NCBI GenBank assembly: GCA_965262725.1
Contig: OZ253555.1
Coordinates: 768,001-832,000 of the forward strand
DNA: 64,000 bases
DNA from: Dehalococcoidia bacterium
GTDB lineage: Bacteria; Chloroflexota; Dehalococcoidia; UBA2979
Reading direction: 5' to 3'
Each line of letters opens with the position of its first letter. Positions within the stretch are counted from its first letter, which is position 1. The notes beneath the pieces are model-generated. The model was not told the DNA's origin. It did no database searches and was given only the letters and a program-made list of their open reading frames with translations. A program made the translations under genes and the position numbers. Shown in pieces: positions 56,010-64,000 of the stretch.

Positions 56010-58262
56010 ATGCAGGACGCCTCCGCGGCGATTTCGGGCGGCGAGCTCTCGGCCGATGGACGGGCCGGCGCGCCGGCGATGACGGTGCGCCGCAGCCTCG
56101 ACCGGCTGTGGGGCCCGGCGGCGGCGATCGCGGGTGCGGGGCTGATCGCCGCGGCCGCGGTCGCGGCCGCCGTCGCCACTGAGGCGCCGAACGCCGATCG
56201 CGAGATCTTCTTCAACGTCAGCCAGGCGTGGGCTGTCTATGTCTTCCTCGCCGCGCTCACGGGGCTCCTCGTCTACGGCTTCGGGCGGCACGCAACGCTG
56301 TGGGCGCTTGGGCAGCCGGTTCCCGGCGTCTTCGAGGGGATCGGGCGGCGGCTCTGGAACGCGGTCCGCCTCGGGCTGGCGCAGGATCGCCTGCGCCGGG
56401 ACCGCTACGCCGGGATCGCGCACTGGGCGATCTTCTCCTCGATCGTCGTCCTGACCGCCGTCACCGCTCAGGTTGCGCTTCAGGACGACACCCCCCTGGA
56501 CTTCCTGCGGGGCGACTACTACCTCTTCTTCTCCTTCTACGGCGATCTCTTCGGGCTCATCGGGCTCATCGGCGTCGGGATGATGATCTACCGACGCTAC
56601 TTCGACGACTTCGCCCGCGTGCGCTGGGATGAGCGTCTCGAGGATCACCTGATCCTGTTCGGGCTCGCCCTCGTGCTGGTGACGGGCTTCGTGGTCGAGG
56701 CTATGCGCATCACCGCCGACGAGCTGGTGGCGCACCCGGATTGGGCTCGCTGGTCCTTCGTCTCCTGGGGCCTCGCCGAGCTTCTCCACCTCTTCGAGTT
56801 CCGTGAGGATCACCTGCTGACGGCGCACCGCCTCGCCTGGTGGACCCACGTCGCGCTCGCCTTCGGATGGCTCGCGCTGATCGTCTTCACCAAGCTCGAT
56901 CACATCGTCTTCGCACCCATCAACGCCTATCTGTTGCGCAGCGACGCTCCCGGGCGCCTTACCACCATCGAGAACATCGAGGAGCGTGAGGTCTTCGGCG
57001 TCGGCCAGATCCAGGACTTCACCTGGAAGCAGCTCTTCGAGCTCGACGCCTGCGTCCGCTGTGGGCGCTGCACCGCCGTTTGCCCGGCCAACATCGCGGG
57101 GCAACCGCTCTCGCCGATGCACCTGATCCAGGATCTCAAGGCTCACCTCGCCGAGGTGGGGCCCGCCCTGCAGCGCGTCGGTCACGAGGGCGGCGATGTC
57201 CGCTCGGTGTCGCCGGTGGAGATGGTCGGCGAGGTGATACGCGACGAGACGCTGTGGGCCTGCCGCACCTGCGGCGCCTGCGTGCAGGAGTGCCCGGTGC
57301 TCATCGAGCACGTCCCGACGATCGTCGACATGCGGCGCTACCTCGTGATGGACGAGGCGCGCGTCCCGCAGACGGCGCAGGCGGCTCTCGAGAACATGGA
57401 GACGCGGGGCCACCCCTGGCGCGGGACCGCGCTGGAGCGTACCAGCTGGATGGAGGGCCTCGGCGACGTCCCGATCTTCGACGGCTCGCAGGAGTACCTC
57501 TACTGGGTCGGCTGCTCCGGCTCGCTGGTGGAGCGCAACCTGCCGATCACGCAGTCCGTCTTCCGCCTCCTGCGGGAGTCTGGCTCCTCCTTCGGCGTGC
57601 TGGGGCAGGAGGAGACCTGCAACGGCGACCCGGCCCGACGCCTGGGCAACGAGTACCTCTACCAGATACTCGCGCAGCAGCTCGTGGAGACGTTCCAGCA
57701 GAAGGGCGTGCAGAAGGTCATCACCAACTGTCCACACTGCTTCAACACCTTCAAGAATGAGTACCCGCAGTGGGGCGCTCACTTCGAGGTGCTGCACCAC
57801 ACGGAGTTCCTCGCCCAGGCGCTCTCCGAGGGTTCGCTCACCGCGACGCACGAGGTGGACACGAGCGTCACCTACCACGACTCCTGCTACCTCGGCCGGC
57901 TGAACGGCGTCTACGAGGCGCCGCGCGAGATCCTCGCCGTCATCCCCGGCGCATCGGTGAGCGAGATGGAGCGCTCCCGCAGCCGCGGGCTCTGCTGCGG
58001 CGCGGGCGGCGGCAACATGTGGCAGGAGGAGATCGGCGAGCGGCGCGTCAACCACGTCCGCTCCGAGGAGGCGATCGCCACCGGCGCCGGCGAGGTGATC
58101 TCCAACTGCCCGTTCTGCATCCAGATGTTCGAGGACGGCGTTCCGGCCGTGCAGTCGGAGGAGGCGGGACGCATCCGCCCCTTCGACATCGCCGAGTTGC
58201 TCGAGCGATCCGTGCTGGGCACGGGCGCCGGGCGGGCGGACGGGGGCACGTCCTCCGAGTAG
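56010..58262 (+). CDS. FadF-like membrane Fe-S oxidoreductase (TM domain, 2x[4Fe-4S], CCG domains)
   Basis: TM His residues, CVRCGRCTAVCP, CRTCGACVQECP, ETCNGD, CPHC, YHDSCYLGR, CCGAGGG, CPFC. Confidence 0.9.
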   Translation: MQDASAAISGGELSADGRAGAPAMTVRRSLDRLWGPAAAIAGAGLIAAAAVAAAVATEAPNADREIFFNVSQAWAVYVFLAALTGLLVYGFGRHATLWALGQPVPGVFEGIGRRLWNAVRLGLAQDRLRRDRYAGIAHWAIFSSIVVLTAVTAQVALQDDTPLDFLRGDYYLFFSFYGDLFGLIGLIGVGMMIYRRYFDDFARVRWDERLEDHLILFGLALVLVTGFVVEAMRITADELVAHPDWARWSFVSWGLAELLHLFEFREDHLLTAHRLAWWTHVALAFGWLALIVFTKLDHIVFAPINAYLLRSDAPGRLTTIENIEEREVFGVGQIQDFTWKQLFELDACVRCGRCTAVCPANIAGQPLSPMHLIQDLKAHLAEVGPALQRVGHEGGDVRSVSPVEMVGEVIRDETLWACRTCGACVQECPVLIEHVPTIVDMRRYLVMDEARVPQTAQAALENMETRGHPWRGTALERTSWMEGLGDVPIFDGSQEYLYWVGCSGSLVERNLPITQSVFRLLRESGSSFGVLGQEETCNGDPARRLGNEYLYQILAQQLVETFQQKGVQKVITNCPHCFNTFKNEYPQWGAHFEVLHHTEFLAQALSEGSLTATHEVDTSVTYHDSCYLGRLNGVYEAPREILAVIPGASVSEMERSRSRGLCCGAGGGNMWQEEIGERRVNHVRSEEAIATGAGEVISNCPFCIQMFEDGVPAVQSEEAGRIRPFDIAELLERSVLGTGAGRADGGTSSE

Positions 58263-58370
58263 TCGCGGAGCGGTGCGGCGTCGCCGCACCCGGACCGCGT
58301 CGACAAGGGGCAGGGGCGGCGCTGTCGCCCGCAGGAGGACCCGGGAGGGTCCGCGACAAGGAGCGTGCTG

Positions 58371-59174
58371 ATGCACTTCGTGGTCTGCGCCAAGCAGATT
58401 CCGGACCCGGAGACGCCGCCGTCGGCGTTCAGGATCGACGAGTCGACGAACGCCGTGGTGCCGGCGCCCGGCATCGCGCCGGTGCTCTCTCAGTTCGATG
58501 CGATCGCCGCGGAGGCGGCGCTGCGCATCAAGGAGGCGTCGGAGGACGTGAAGATCACCGTCATCTCGATGGGCCAGGAAAGCGCCCAGGCGGCGATCAA
58601 GCAGGTCCTGGCGATGGGCGCCGACGAGGGGCTGCTCCTGGACGATCCCGCTTTCCTGGGCGGCGACTCCTACACGACAGCACGGGTGCTCTCGACGGCG
58701 GTCGAAAAGCTCGGCGACGTGGATGCTGTCTTCTGCGGCCGGCAGGCCGCCGACTGGGACATGGGGCAGGTTGGCCTCGGCATCGCGACCCTGCTCGGCT
58801 GGCCCGCCGCGATCATCGCCAAGGACGTACAGGTGACGGTTGGCCGGATGGCGGCGACTCGCGTGGTGGCGGACGGCTTCGAGACGGTCGAGATGCCGCT
58901 TCCCGCCGTCGTCACCGTCTCCAACGAGCTCGGCGACCCGCGCTACCCGAAGCTGCAGCAGATCATGCGAGCGGCGCGCAAGACGGTGACGAGCTGGGGC
59001 GCGGCCGATCTCGATCTCGATCCGGCGACGGTCGGTGAGGCGGGATCGCGCCTCAAGCTCGAGCGCCTCTTCATCCCGGAGGTCGGCGGTGAGGTCGAGC
59101 TGATCGAGGGCGAGACGGTGCAGGAAAAGGCGGCGGGTCTCGTCGGGAAGCTGCGCGAGGCGAAGATCCTCTAG
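58371..59174 (+). CDS. etfB: Electron transfer flavoprotein beta subunit
   Basis: CAKQIPD, LAMGAD, CGRQAAD.D.GQVG, PRYP. Confidence 0.95.
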   Translation: MHFVVCAKQIPDPETPPSAFRIDESTNAVVPAPGIAPVLSQFDAIAAEAALRIKEASEDVKITVISMGQESAQAAIKQVLAMGADEGLLLDDPAFLGGDSYTTARVLSTAVEKLGDVDAVFCGRQAADWDMGQVGLGIATLLGWPAAIIAKDVQVTVGRMAATRVVADGFETVEMPLPAVVTVSNELGDPRYPKLQQIMRAARKTVTSWGAADLDLDPATVGEAGSRLKLERLFIPEVGGEVELIEGETVQEKAAGLVGKLREAKIL

Positions 59175-59213
59175 GAGCGGGCCCGGCCGAGGGCGCTCAG
59201 AAAGGACGAACGG

Positions 59214-60182
59214 ATGGCACGCAACGTGCTGGTGGTGGGAGAACTCGAGGGCGGGGAGATCAACTCCACGACGGCCGAGCTGCTGGGGGCGGCGAGCCGC
59301 CTCGCCGGCGGGGGCAGCGTCTCCGTGACTCTGCTCGGTGAGCAGGCCGGCCCGGCGGCCCCGGGCGCCTTCGCGGCGGGAGCGGGGCGCGCCTTCGTCT
59401 GCGGCGACGGCGCCTACGACGAGTTCCGGCCGGACCAGTGGACGGAGGCCGTGCGCGAGGTCGTGGGGCAGTGCTCCGCGGATGTCGTGCTCATGGCGCA
59501 GTCCAGCGTCGGCCGCGATCTCGGACCCCGCCTCGCTTTCGGGCTCGACACGGCGGTCGGGATGGACTGCATCGCGGTGGAGGACGACGGTGGGGCGCTC
59601 ACGGTGACGCGCCCCTGCTACGGCGGGAACGCGAACGGGACGTACAGTTTCGCGACCGCGCCGGCGATCGCCACGGTCCGCGCGAAGTCACAGGATCCGC
59701 TTGAGCCGCAGGAGGGCGCCTCCGGCGAGATCGTCGAGCTGCCCGCGGCCGGCGGGAGCCGAGCCGAGATCACGGGGCGCGAGGTGGCGGTCGCTGAGGG
59801 GCTGCAGCTGCAGGAGGCGCCGATCGTGGTCTCCGGCGGGCGCGGGCTCGGCGGACCCGAGGGCTTCGGCGTCGTGGAGGAACTGGCGGCGACCATCGGC
59901 ACGGATAAGACGGCGGTCGGCGCTTCGCGCGCCGCCTGCGACCTCGGCTGGTACCCGGTCTCGCAGCAGGTGGGGCTTACCGGCAAGGTCGTGACGCCGG
60001 ATCTCTACATCGCGATCGCGATCTCGGGCGCGAGCCAGCACATGGCCGGCTGCAGCGGCTCCAAGACCATCGTCGCCGTGAACCGCGATCCGGAGGCGAA
60101 CATCTTCAAGGCGTCGCGGTGGGGCATCGTCGGCGACTACAAGGATGTCGTCCCGGCCCTGATCGAGGCGCTAAGGGAGTAG
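59214..60182 (+). CDS. etfA: Electron transfer flavoprotein alpha subunit
   Basis: VSGGRG, GASRAA, QVGLTGK, ISGASQH.AG, VN.DPEA.IF. Confidence 0.95.
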   Translation: MARNVLVVGELEGGEINSTTAELLGAASRLAGGGSVSVTLLGEQAGPAAPGAFAAGAGRAFVCGDGAYDEFRPDQWTEAVREVVGQCSADVVLMAQSSVGRDLGPRLAFGLDTAVGMDCIAVEDDGGALTVTRPCYGGNANGTYSFATAPAIATVRAKSQDPLEPQEGASGEIVELPAAGGSRAEITGREVAVAEGLQLQEAPIVVSGGRGLGGPEGFGVVEELAATIGTDKTAVGASRAACDLGWYPVSQQVGLTGKVVTPDLYIAIAISGASQHMAGCSGSKTIVAVNRDPEANIFKASRWGIVGDYKDVVPALIEALRE

Positions 60183-60351
60183 CCCGGGGGCCCGGGCCCA
60201 CCCCCGTTGACGCCCGGGCCGGCGCGGCCCGGAGCCCCGGACGCCGCCACGGCGCGTCTGGCGGTGCCTCGTGGCGTCGTCTACAATCACATAACACTCT
60301 CGTCCCCGGCCCTGCTGGGTGGTTGTGGGCGTCCTCACCGGGGAGCAGTAG

Positions 60352-60990
60352 ATGACGACGATCGGACTCACCGGCGGCATCGCGTCCGGAAAATCGGCGG
60401 TCGCCGAGCACTTGAAGTCGCTTGGCGCGATCGTGATCGACGCCGACCGGCTCGGTCACCGTGTCTACGAGCCCGGCTCGTCCGGTTTCGAGAAGGTCGT
60501 CAACGCCTTCGGGCACGAGGTTGTCGCTCCGGACGGGACGATCAACCGTCGCGTGCTGGGCGGCAAGGTCTTCGGCGATCCCGCGCAGATGAAGCGTCTC
60601 ACCGATATCAGCTGGCCCGAGATCCAGAGGCTGGCCGACGAGGAGATCGCCGCGTACCGTCAGCGCGACCCCGATGGGGTGATCGTGCTCGAGGCGGCGG
60701 TCTTGATAGAGGCGGAGTGGACGACCCTGGTGGACGAGGTGTGGGTCGTCACCACGACGATCGGGCGTGCCGTCGACAGGCTGCGCAAGCGCAACGGGAT
60801 GTCCGTGGAGGCGGCACGCGCTCGCATCGACTCCCAGATCTCGAACAGGGAGCGGCTGGAGCGCGCCGACATTCGCATCAAGAACACGGAGACGCCCAAG
60901 CGGCTCGAGTCGCGCGTGCTCTACCACTGGCGACGGCTTAAGAAGCGCATCGAGAGGCAGAGCGCCGAGGCCACGCAGGCCGTTCGCTAG
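60352..60990 (+). CDS. coaE: Dephospho-CoA kinase
   Basis: IGLTGGIASGKS, IDAD, INR..LG, RIDSQ, ADI.I.N. Confidence 0.93.
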   Translation: MTTIGLTGGIASGKSAVAEHLKSLGAIVIDADRLGHRVYEPGSSGFEKVVNAFGHEVVAPDGTINRRVLGGKVFGDPAQMKRLTDISWPEIQRLADEEIAAYRQRDPDGVIVLEAAVLIEAEWTTLVDEVWVVTTTIGRAVDRLRKRNGMSVEAARARIDSQISNRERLERADIRIKNTETPKRLESRVLYHWRRLKKRIERQSAEATQAVR

Positions 60991-61082
60991 CGCAACCCCT
61001 CGGGCGGGGCTAGCCTCCGGGCGCGGCGTGACGCAGGGTATCGCGACGTGCGCTGAGGCAGACGGATAGAAGTAGGTCCGGC

Positions 61083-61976
61083 GTGACGATTACACACGAA
61101 GAGATCTCGCAGACGGGGATCGGGGGCGGCTTCCGGCGGCTCGCCGTCGAGGAGTTCCGTCTCACTTCCGAGCCCTACTACCTCCCGATTGGGGACGAGG
61201 TGGCGCTCTTCGAGCACGCCTACCGGGAGAAGATCCCCGTCCTGCTCAAGGGCCCGACGGGCTCGGGCAAGACCCGGTTCGTGGAGTACATGTCGTGGCG
61301 GCTGCACGAGCGAGCGCCGGAGGGGGTGGCGGAGGAGGGGGTTCCCCTGATCACCGTCGCCTGCCACGAGGACCTCACTGCCTCCGACCTGGTCGGGCGC
61401 TACCTGATCGAGGGCAGTGAGACGCGCTGGATCGACGGTCCGATCACGCGCGCCGTGCGGGTGGGAGCGATCTGCTACCTCGACGAAATCGTGGAGGCTC
61501 GCAAGGACACGACCGTCCTGATCCACCCGCTCACGGACTACCGTCGGCTGCTCCCCGTCGAGAAGCGGGGAGAGCTGCTCGAGGCCGCCGACGGCTTCCT
61601 GCTCGTGCTCTCCTACAACCCGGGCTATCAGTCGGCGTTGAAGGATCTCAAGCACTCGACGCGCCAGCGCTTCATCGCGATTGAGTTCACCTACCCACCC
61701 CGCGACCGGGAGGCGGAGATCGTGTGTGTGGAGGCGGGCTGCTCCGCCGACGTCGCCGCCGAGCTCGCGAAGCTCGGTGAGAAGGTGCGCAACCTCAAGG
61801 AGCACGGCCTCGCGGAGGGGGTCTCGACGCGGCTCCTCGTCTACGCGGGGAAGCTGATCGCGCGCGGTATCCCCGCGCGCTTGGCCTGTCAGACGGCAGT
61901 GGTCTGGGCTCTCACGGACGACGTGGAGATCCAGCGATCGATCGAAGAGGTCGTCTCCTCGATCTTCCCGGAGTAG
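61083..61976 (+). CDS. CbbQ/NirQ/NorQ family AAA+ ATPase
   Basis: [60 protein letters not shown]. Confidence 0.95.
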   Translation: MTITHEEISQTGIGGGFRRLAVEEFRLTSEPYYLPIGDEVALFEHAYREKIPVLLKGPTGSGKTRFVEYMSWRLHERAPEGVAEEGVPLITVACHEDLTASDLVGRYLIEGSETRWIDGPITRAVRVGAICYLDEIVEARKDTTVLIHPLTDYRRLLPVEKRGELLEAADGFLLVLSYNPGYQSALKDLKHSTRQRFIAIEFTYPPRDREAEIVCVEAGCSADVAAELAKLGEKVRNLKEHGLAEGVSTRLLVYAGKLIARGIPARLACQTAVVWALTDDVEIQRSIEEVVSSIFPE

Positions 61977-62001
61977 GTGGTGTTCCGGTGAGGGCACGAC
62001 C

Positions 62002-64000
62002 GTGAGCGTCGCTGCCAGCGTGGTCGCGCGTCACGAGCCGGAGCTGCGCAAGTTCGGGCAGGCGCTGCCGGAGGATCTGGCAGCCGCCGCGACTGCGCTT
62101 GAGGCACGCCTCTCCGCCGAGGACCTCGAGCGGTGGGCGGAGGCGGGCGTCCGGCTGGCCCGCCGCTCGCTGCGCTCGTGGGAGGCGGCCGCGGAGTATT
62201 TCCGCGCCAGCCCCGCCACCGCCGGGAAGCTCACGGCCTCGGAGCTCCTCGCGTGGGGTGAGACCGCCGCCGCGCTTGCCGACCGCTCCTCCCTGGTCGC
62301 CTCCGCCTACCTGCGCGCCACCCCCGGAGTGCTGCTCTCGCTGCCCGCCGCCGACGTGGAGCCGTGGTCGCGCCTCGGCGACCGGCTCTGCCGGGGGAGC
62401 TGGAAGTCGATCGCGCTCGCCACCTCCTTCTACCAGTCGAGCCCGGAGCTCTTGGAATCGCTCACGCTCCGCCAGCTCGGGCGACTGGTCGACATCATCG
62501 AGGCACTGGCCGAGCGCTCCTATGAGCTGGCCACGCGCTGCTTCGAGGCGGCGGCGCCGGTGCTCGCACCCCTTTCGCCCGCCGATCGCGAGCCCTTCCT
62601 GGAGTTCGCCTGGATGCTGACGCGCGCCTCCTGGGCGGACACGCGCATCTATTTCGAGCGTGCGCCGGCCCTGCTCGCCCCGATCGATTCTGCCGAGCGT
62701 GCGGGGTTCCTCGATCTCGCCGCGCAAGTCACCGCGAGCGTCGGCCGGGCCGGCTTCCCCCTCTTCGCCGCGGCGGCCGACGGGCTGCGCAGCGTCGGCC
62801 GGGCGGAGCACCCGCGTCTGCTCGGATTCGCGCACCGTCTCGCCCAGGCCTCGCCGACGGCGGCGATGGAATACCTCAAGTCGGCGCCGGTCGTGCACGA
62901 GCGCCTGACCGCGGAGCAGATGGCGCGATGGAGCGACGTTGGGCTCGAGATCCTCCTCGACCAGCGCAACGTGGAGGGCGCGGAGGCCTTCTTCCGCCTG
63001 GAGTCGGCGCGCGCGGAGAGGCTCCTCGCCTCGCTCTCGGCGCGCGTCGAGCTGACGGCGGTGAGCCCGGTGCTGCGTCTCTACGCGAAGGCGCTGACCG
63101 GCCAGACGATAGCGGTGCATCCGGTGGAGGAGCTCACCGAGAAGGGAATCGGCTGGGTCGCCGGCCAGGCGACGACGGAGGGCACGGCGATCTACCTGCC
63201 GTCGTCGGTTTCGACCTTTCTGGAGCAGCGCGACAACGTCCAGGTCTACAAGGTCTTCGCCACGCACCAGACGGGCCGCATCGAGTTTGGCTCGTTTGGC
63301 TACCGCCACGGCGACCCTGGAGCGCACACACCGCCGCTCGAGCTCTTCGCCGCGTCCCCCCCGCCCGATGCGGACGGCGGAGAGCGCCCCGACGGGGGTC
63401 GAGCCGCGCCGATCACGGAGATGCAGCGCCTCTACGACGGCTTCTCGGACCGATCGCTCATCTCGGCGCTCTTCACCGTCGTCGAGGACACTCGGGTCGA
63501 TGCGTACACGGCGCGCGAGTACGGGGGTATACGAAGCTGGCTGCGGCGCGTGCAGGAACAGGCGGCCGCGGACCGCCCCGACGCGCGGTCGATGCCGCTC
63601 CGGAGCGCCTACGTCGAAGCGCTGGTGCGTGCCTCGCTCGGGAGCCCCGAGGGCATCGAGTGGCCGGCGACGCACCGGCAGTCTTTGGCACACGGCCTTG
63701 CGGCGCTGCGGGTCGTGGAGCAGCCGGGAGCCACCGTGCAGGACTCCGCGGCGGTCGCCGCGGCGATCTACCGGCTCGCCGCGGCGCTCCCCAACGAGCG
63801 CCTCGGCGGCGAGGAGGAGTGGGTCGCGCCCGACGAGGAGATGCTGACGGTCGCGCCGGCGATGCCCGGGGGTGACGGCGCCGACGGCGCGCCGCAGGCA
63901 GCGCCGGAGGGGGAGGCCTTCGAGAGCCCGCCCCAGCCCGAGTTCCGCGGCGACTTCAAGCCGGAGCTCGTCCAGCTCCTGATGCGCCTCCGAGAGGGTG
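62002..64000 (+). CDS. Large NorD/CbbO-like (probably vWA-domain) partner protein, runs off the window end
   Basis: Not in the ORF track (no stop in window); GTG 62002, helical repeats (..W...G..L.......A..YFRASP), TTEGTAIYLP, FTVVEDTRVD; directly follows the NorQ-type ATPase. The vWA domain itself is not visible. Confidence 0.75.
   Translation, partial: MSVAASVVARHEPELRKFGQALPEDLAAAATALEARLSAEDLERWAEAGVRLARRSLRSWEAAAEYFRASPATAGKLTASELLAWGETAAALADRSSLVASAYLRATPGVLLSLPAADVEPWSRLGDRLCRGSWKSIALATSFYQSSPELLESLTLRQLGRLVDIIEALAERSYELATRCFEAAAPVLAPLSPADREPFLEFAWMLTRASWADTRIYFERAPALLAPIDSAERAGFLDLAAQVTASVGRAGFPLFAAAADGLRSVGRAEHPRLLGFAHRLAQASPTAAMEYLKSAPVVHERLTAEQMARWSDVGLEILLDQRNVEGAEAFFRLESARAERLLASLSARVELTAVSPVLRLYAKALTGQTIAVHPVEELTEKGIGWVAGQATTEGTAIYLPSSVSTFLEQRDNVQVYKVFATHQTGRIEFGSFGYRHGDPGAHTPPLELFAASPPPDADGGERPDGGRAAPITEMQRLYDGFSDRSLISALFTVVEDTRVDAYTAREYGGIRSWLRRVQEQAAADRPDARSMPLRSAYVEALVRASLGSPEGIEWPATHRQSLAHGLAALRVVEQPGATVQDSAAVAAAIYRLAAALPNERLGGEEEWVAPDEEMLTVAPAMPGGDGADGAPQAAPEGEAFESPPQPEFRGDFKPELVQLLMRLREG

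Noticed and set aside
1108-63875. Many long overlapping ORFs in the track (e.g. 1108-3162, 24864-26597, 38680-40947, 55992-58376, 61912-63693)
   Set aside because: Arg/Pro/Gly-rich shadow or antisense frames of recognisable genes, expected at this GC content.

Overview
Very GC-rich bacterial chromosomal segment. Gene content and protein style (F420 genes, Tat-lipoprotein family-5 solute-binding protein, Gram-positive-type SOS box, FadF/EtfAB, NorQ-type ATPase with a large vWA-type partner) suggest Chloroflexota, probably Dehalococcoidia-like; this is inference. It is mostly housekeeping: lexA and holA, cofE and npdG, a NitT/TauT ABC importer, cobO-cobT-cobS-cobU, an ilvBNC-leuACD-(APH)-leuB cluster plus cimA, ilvE, uppP, SDR and crotonase clusters, an acyl-CoA ligase with a FadF-like oxidoreductase and etfBA, coaE and a CbbQ/NirQ/NorQ module. 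The one mobile region (about 33.0-37.5 kb) holds gene remnants and an intact IS21-family element with a 7-bp target duplication. Most notable and not in the ORF track: (1) three candidate leader peptides upstream of ilvB, leuA and cimA, two with control codons complementary to the downstream initiation region; (2) four genes whose conserved N-termini seem to require CTG or GTA starts, three overlapping the upstream stop codon; (3) a c-di-AMP (ydaO) riboswitch in front of a 70-aa zinc-ribbon protein; (4) several apparent pseudoenzymes (ligand-substituted Rieske-fold pair, two SDRs without YxxxK flanking an intact one, a trypsin-fold lipoprotein without catalytic His/Ser). No tRNA, rRNA or CRISPR array was seen. 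All calls come from reading motifs by eye; no database search or folding was run.
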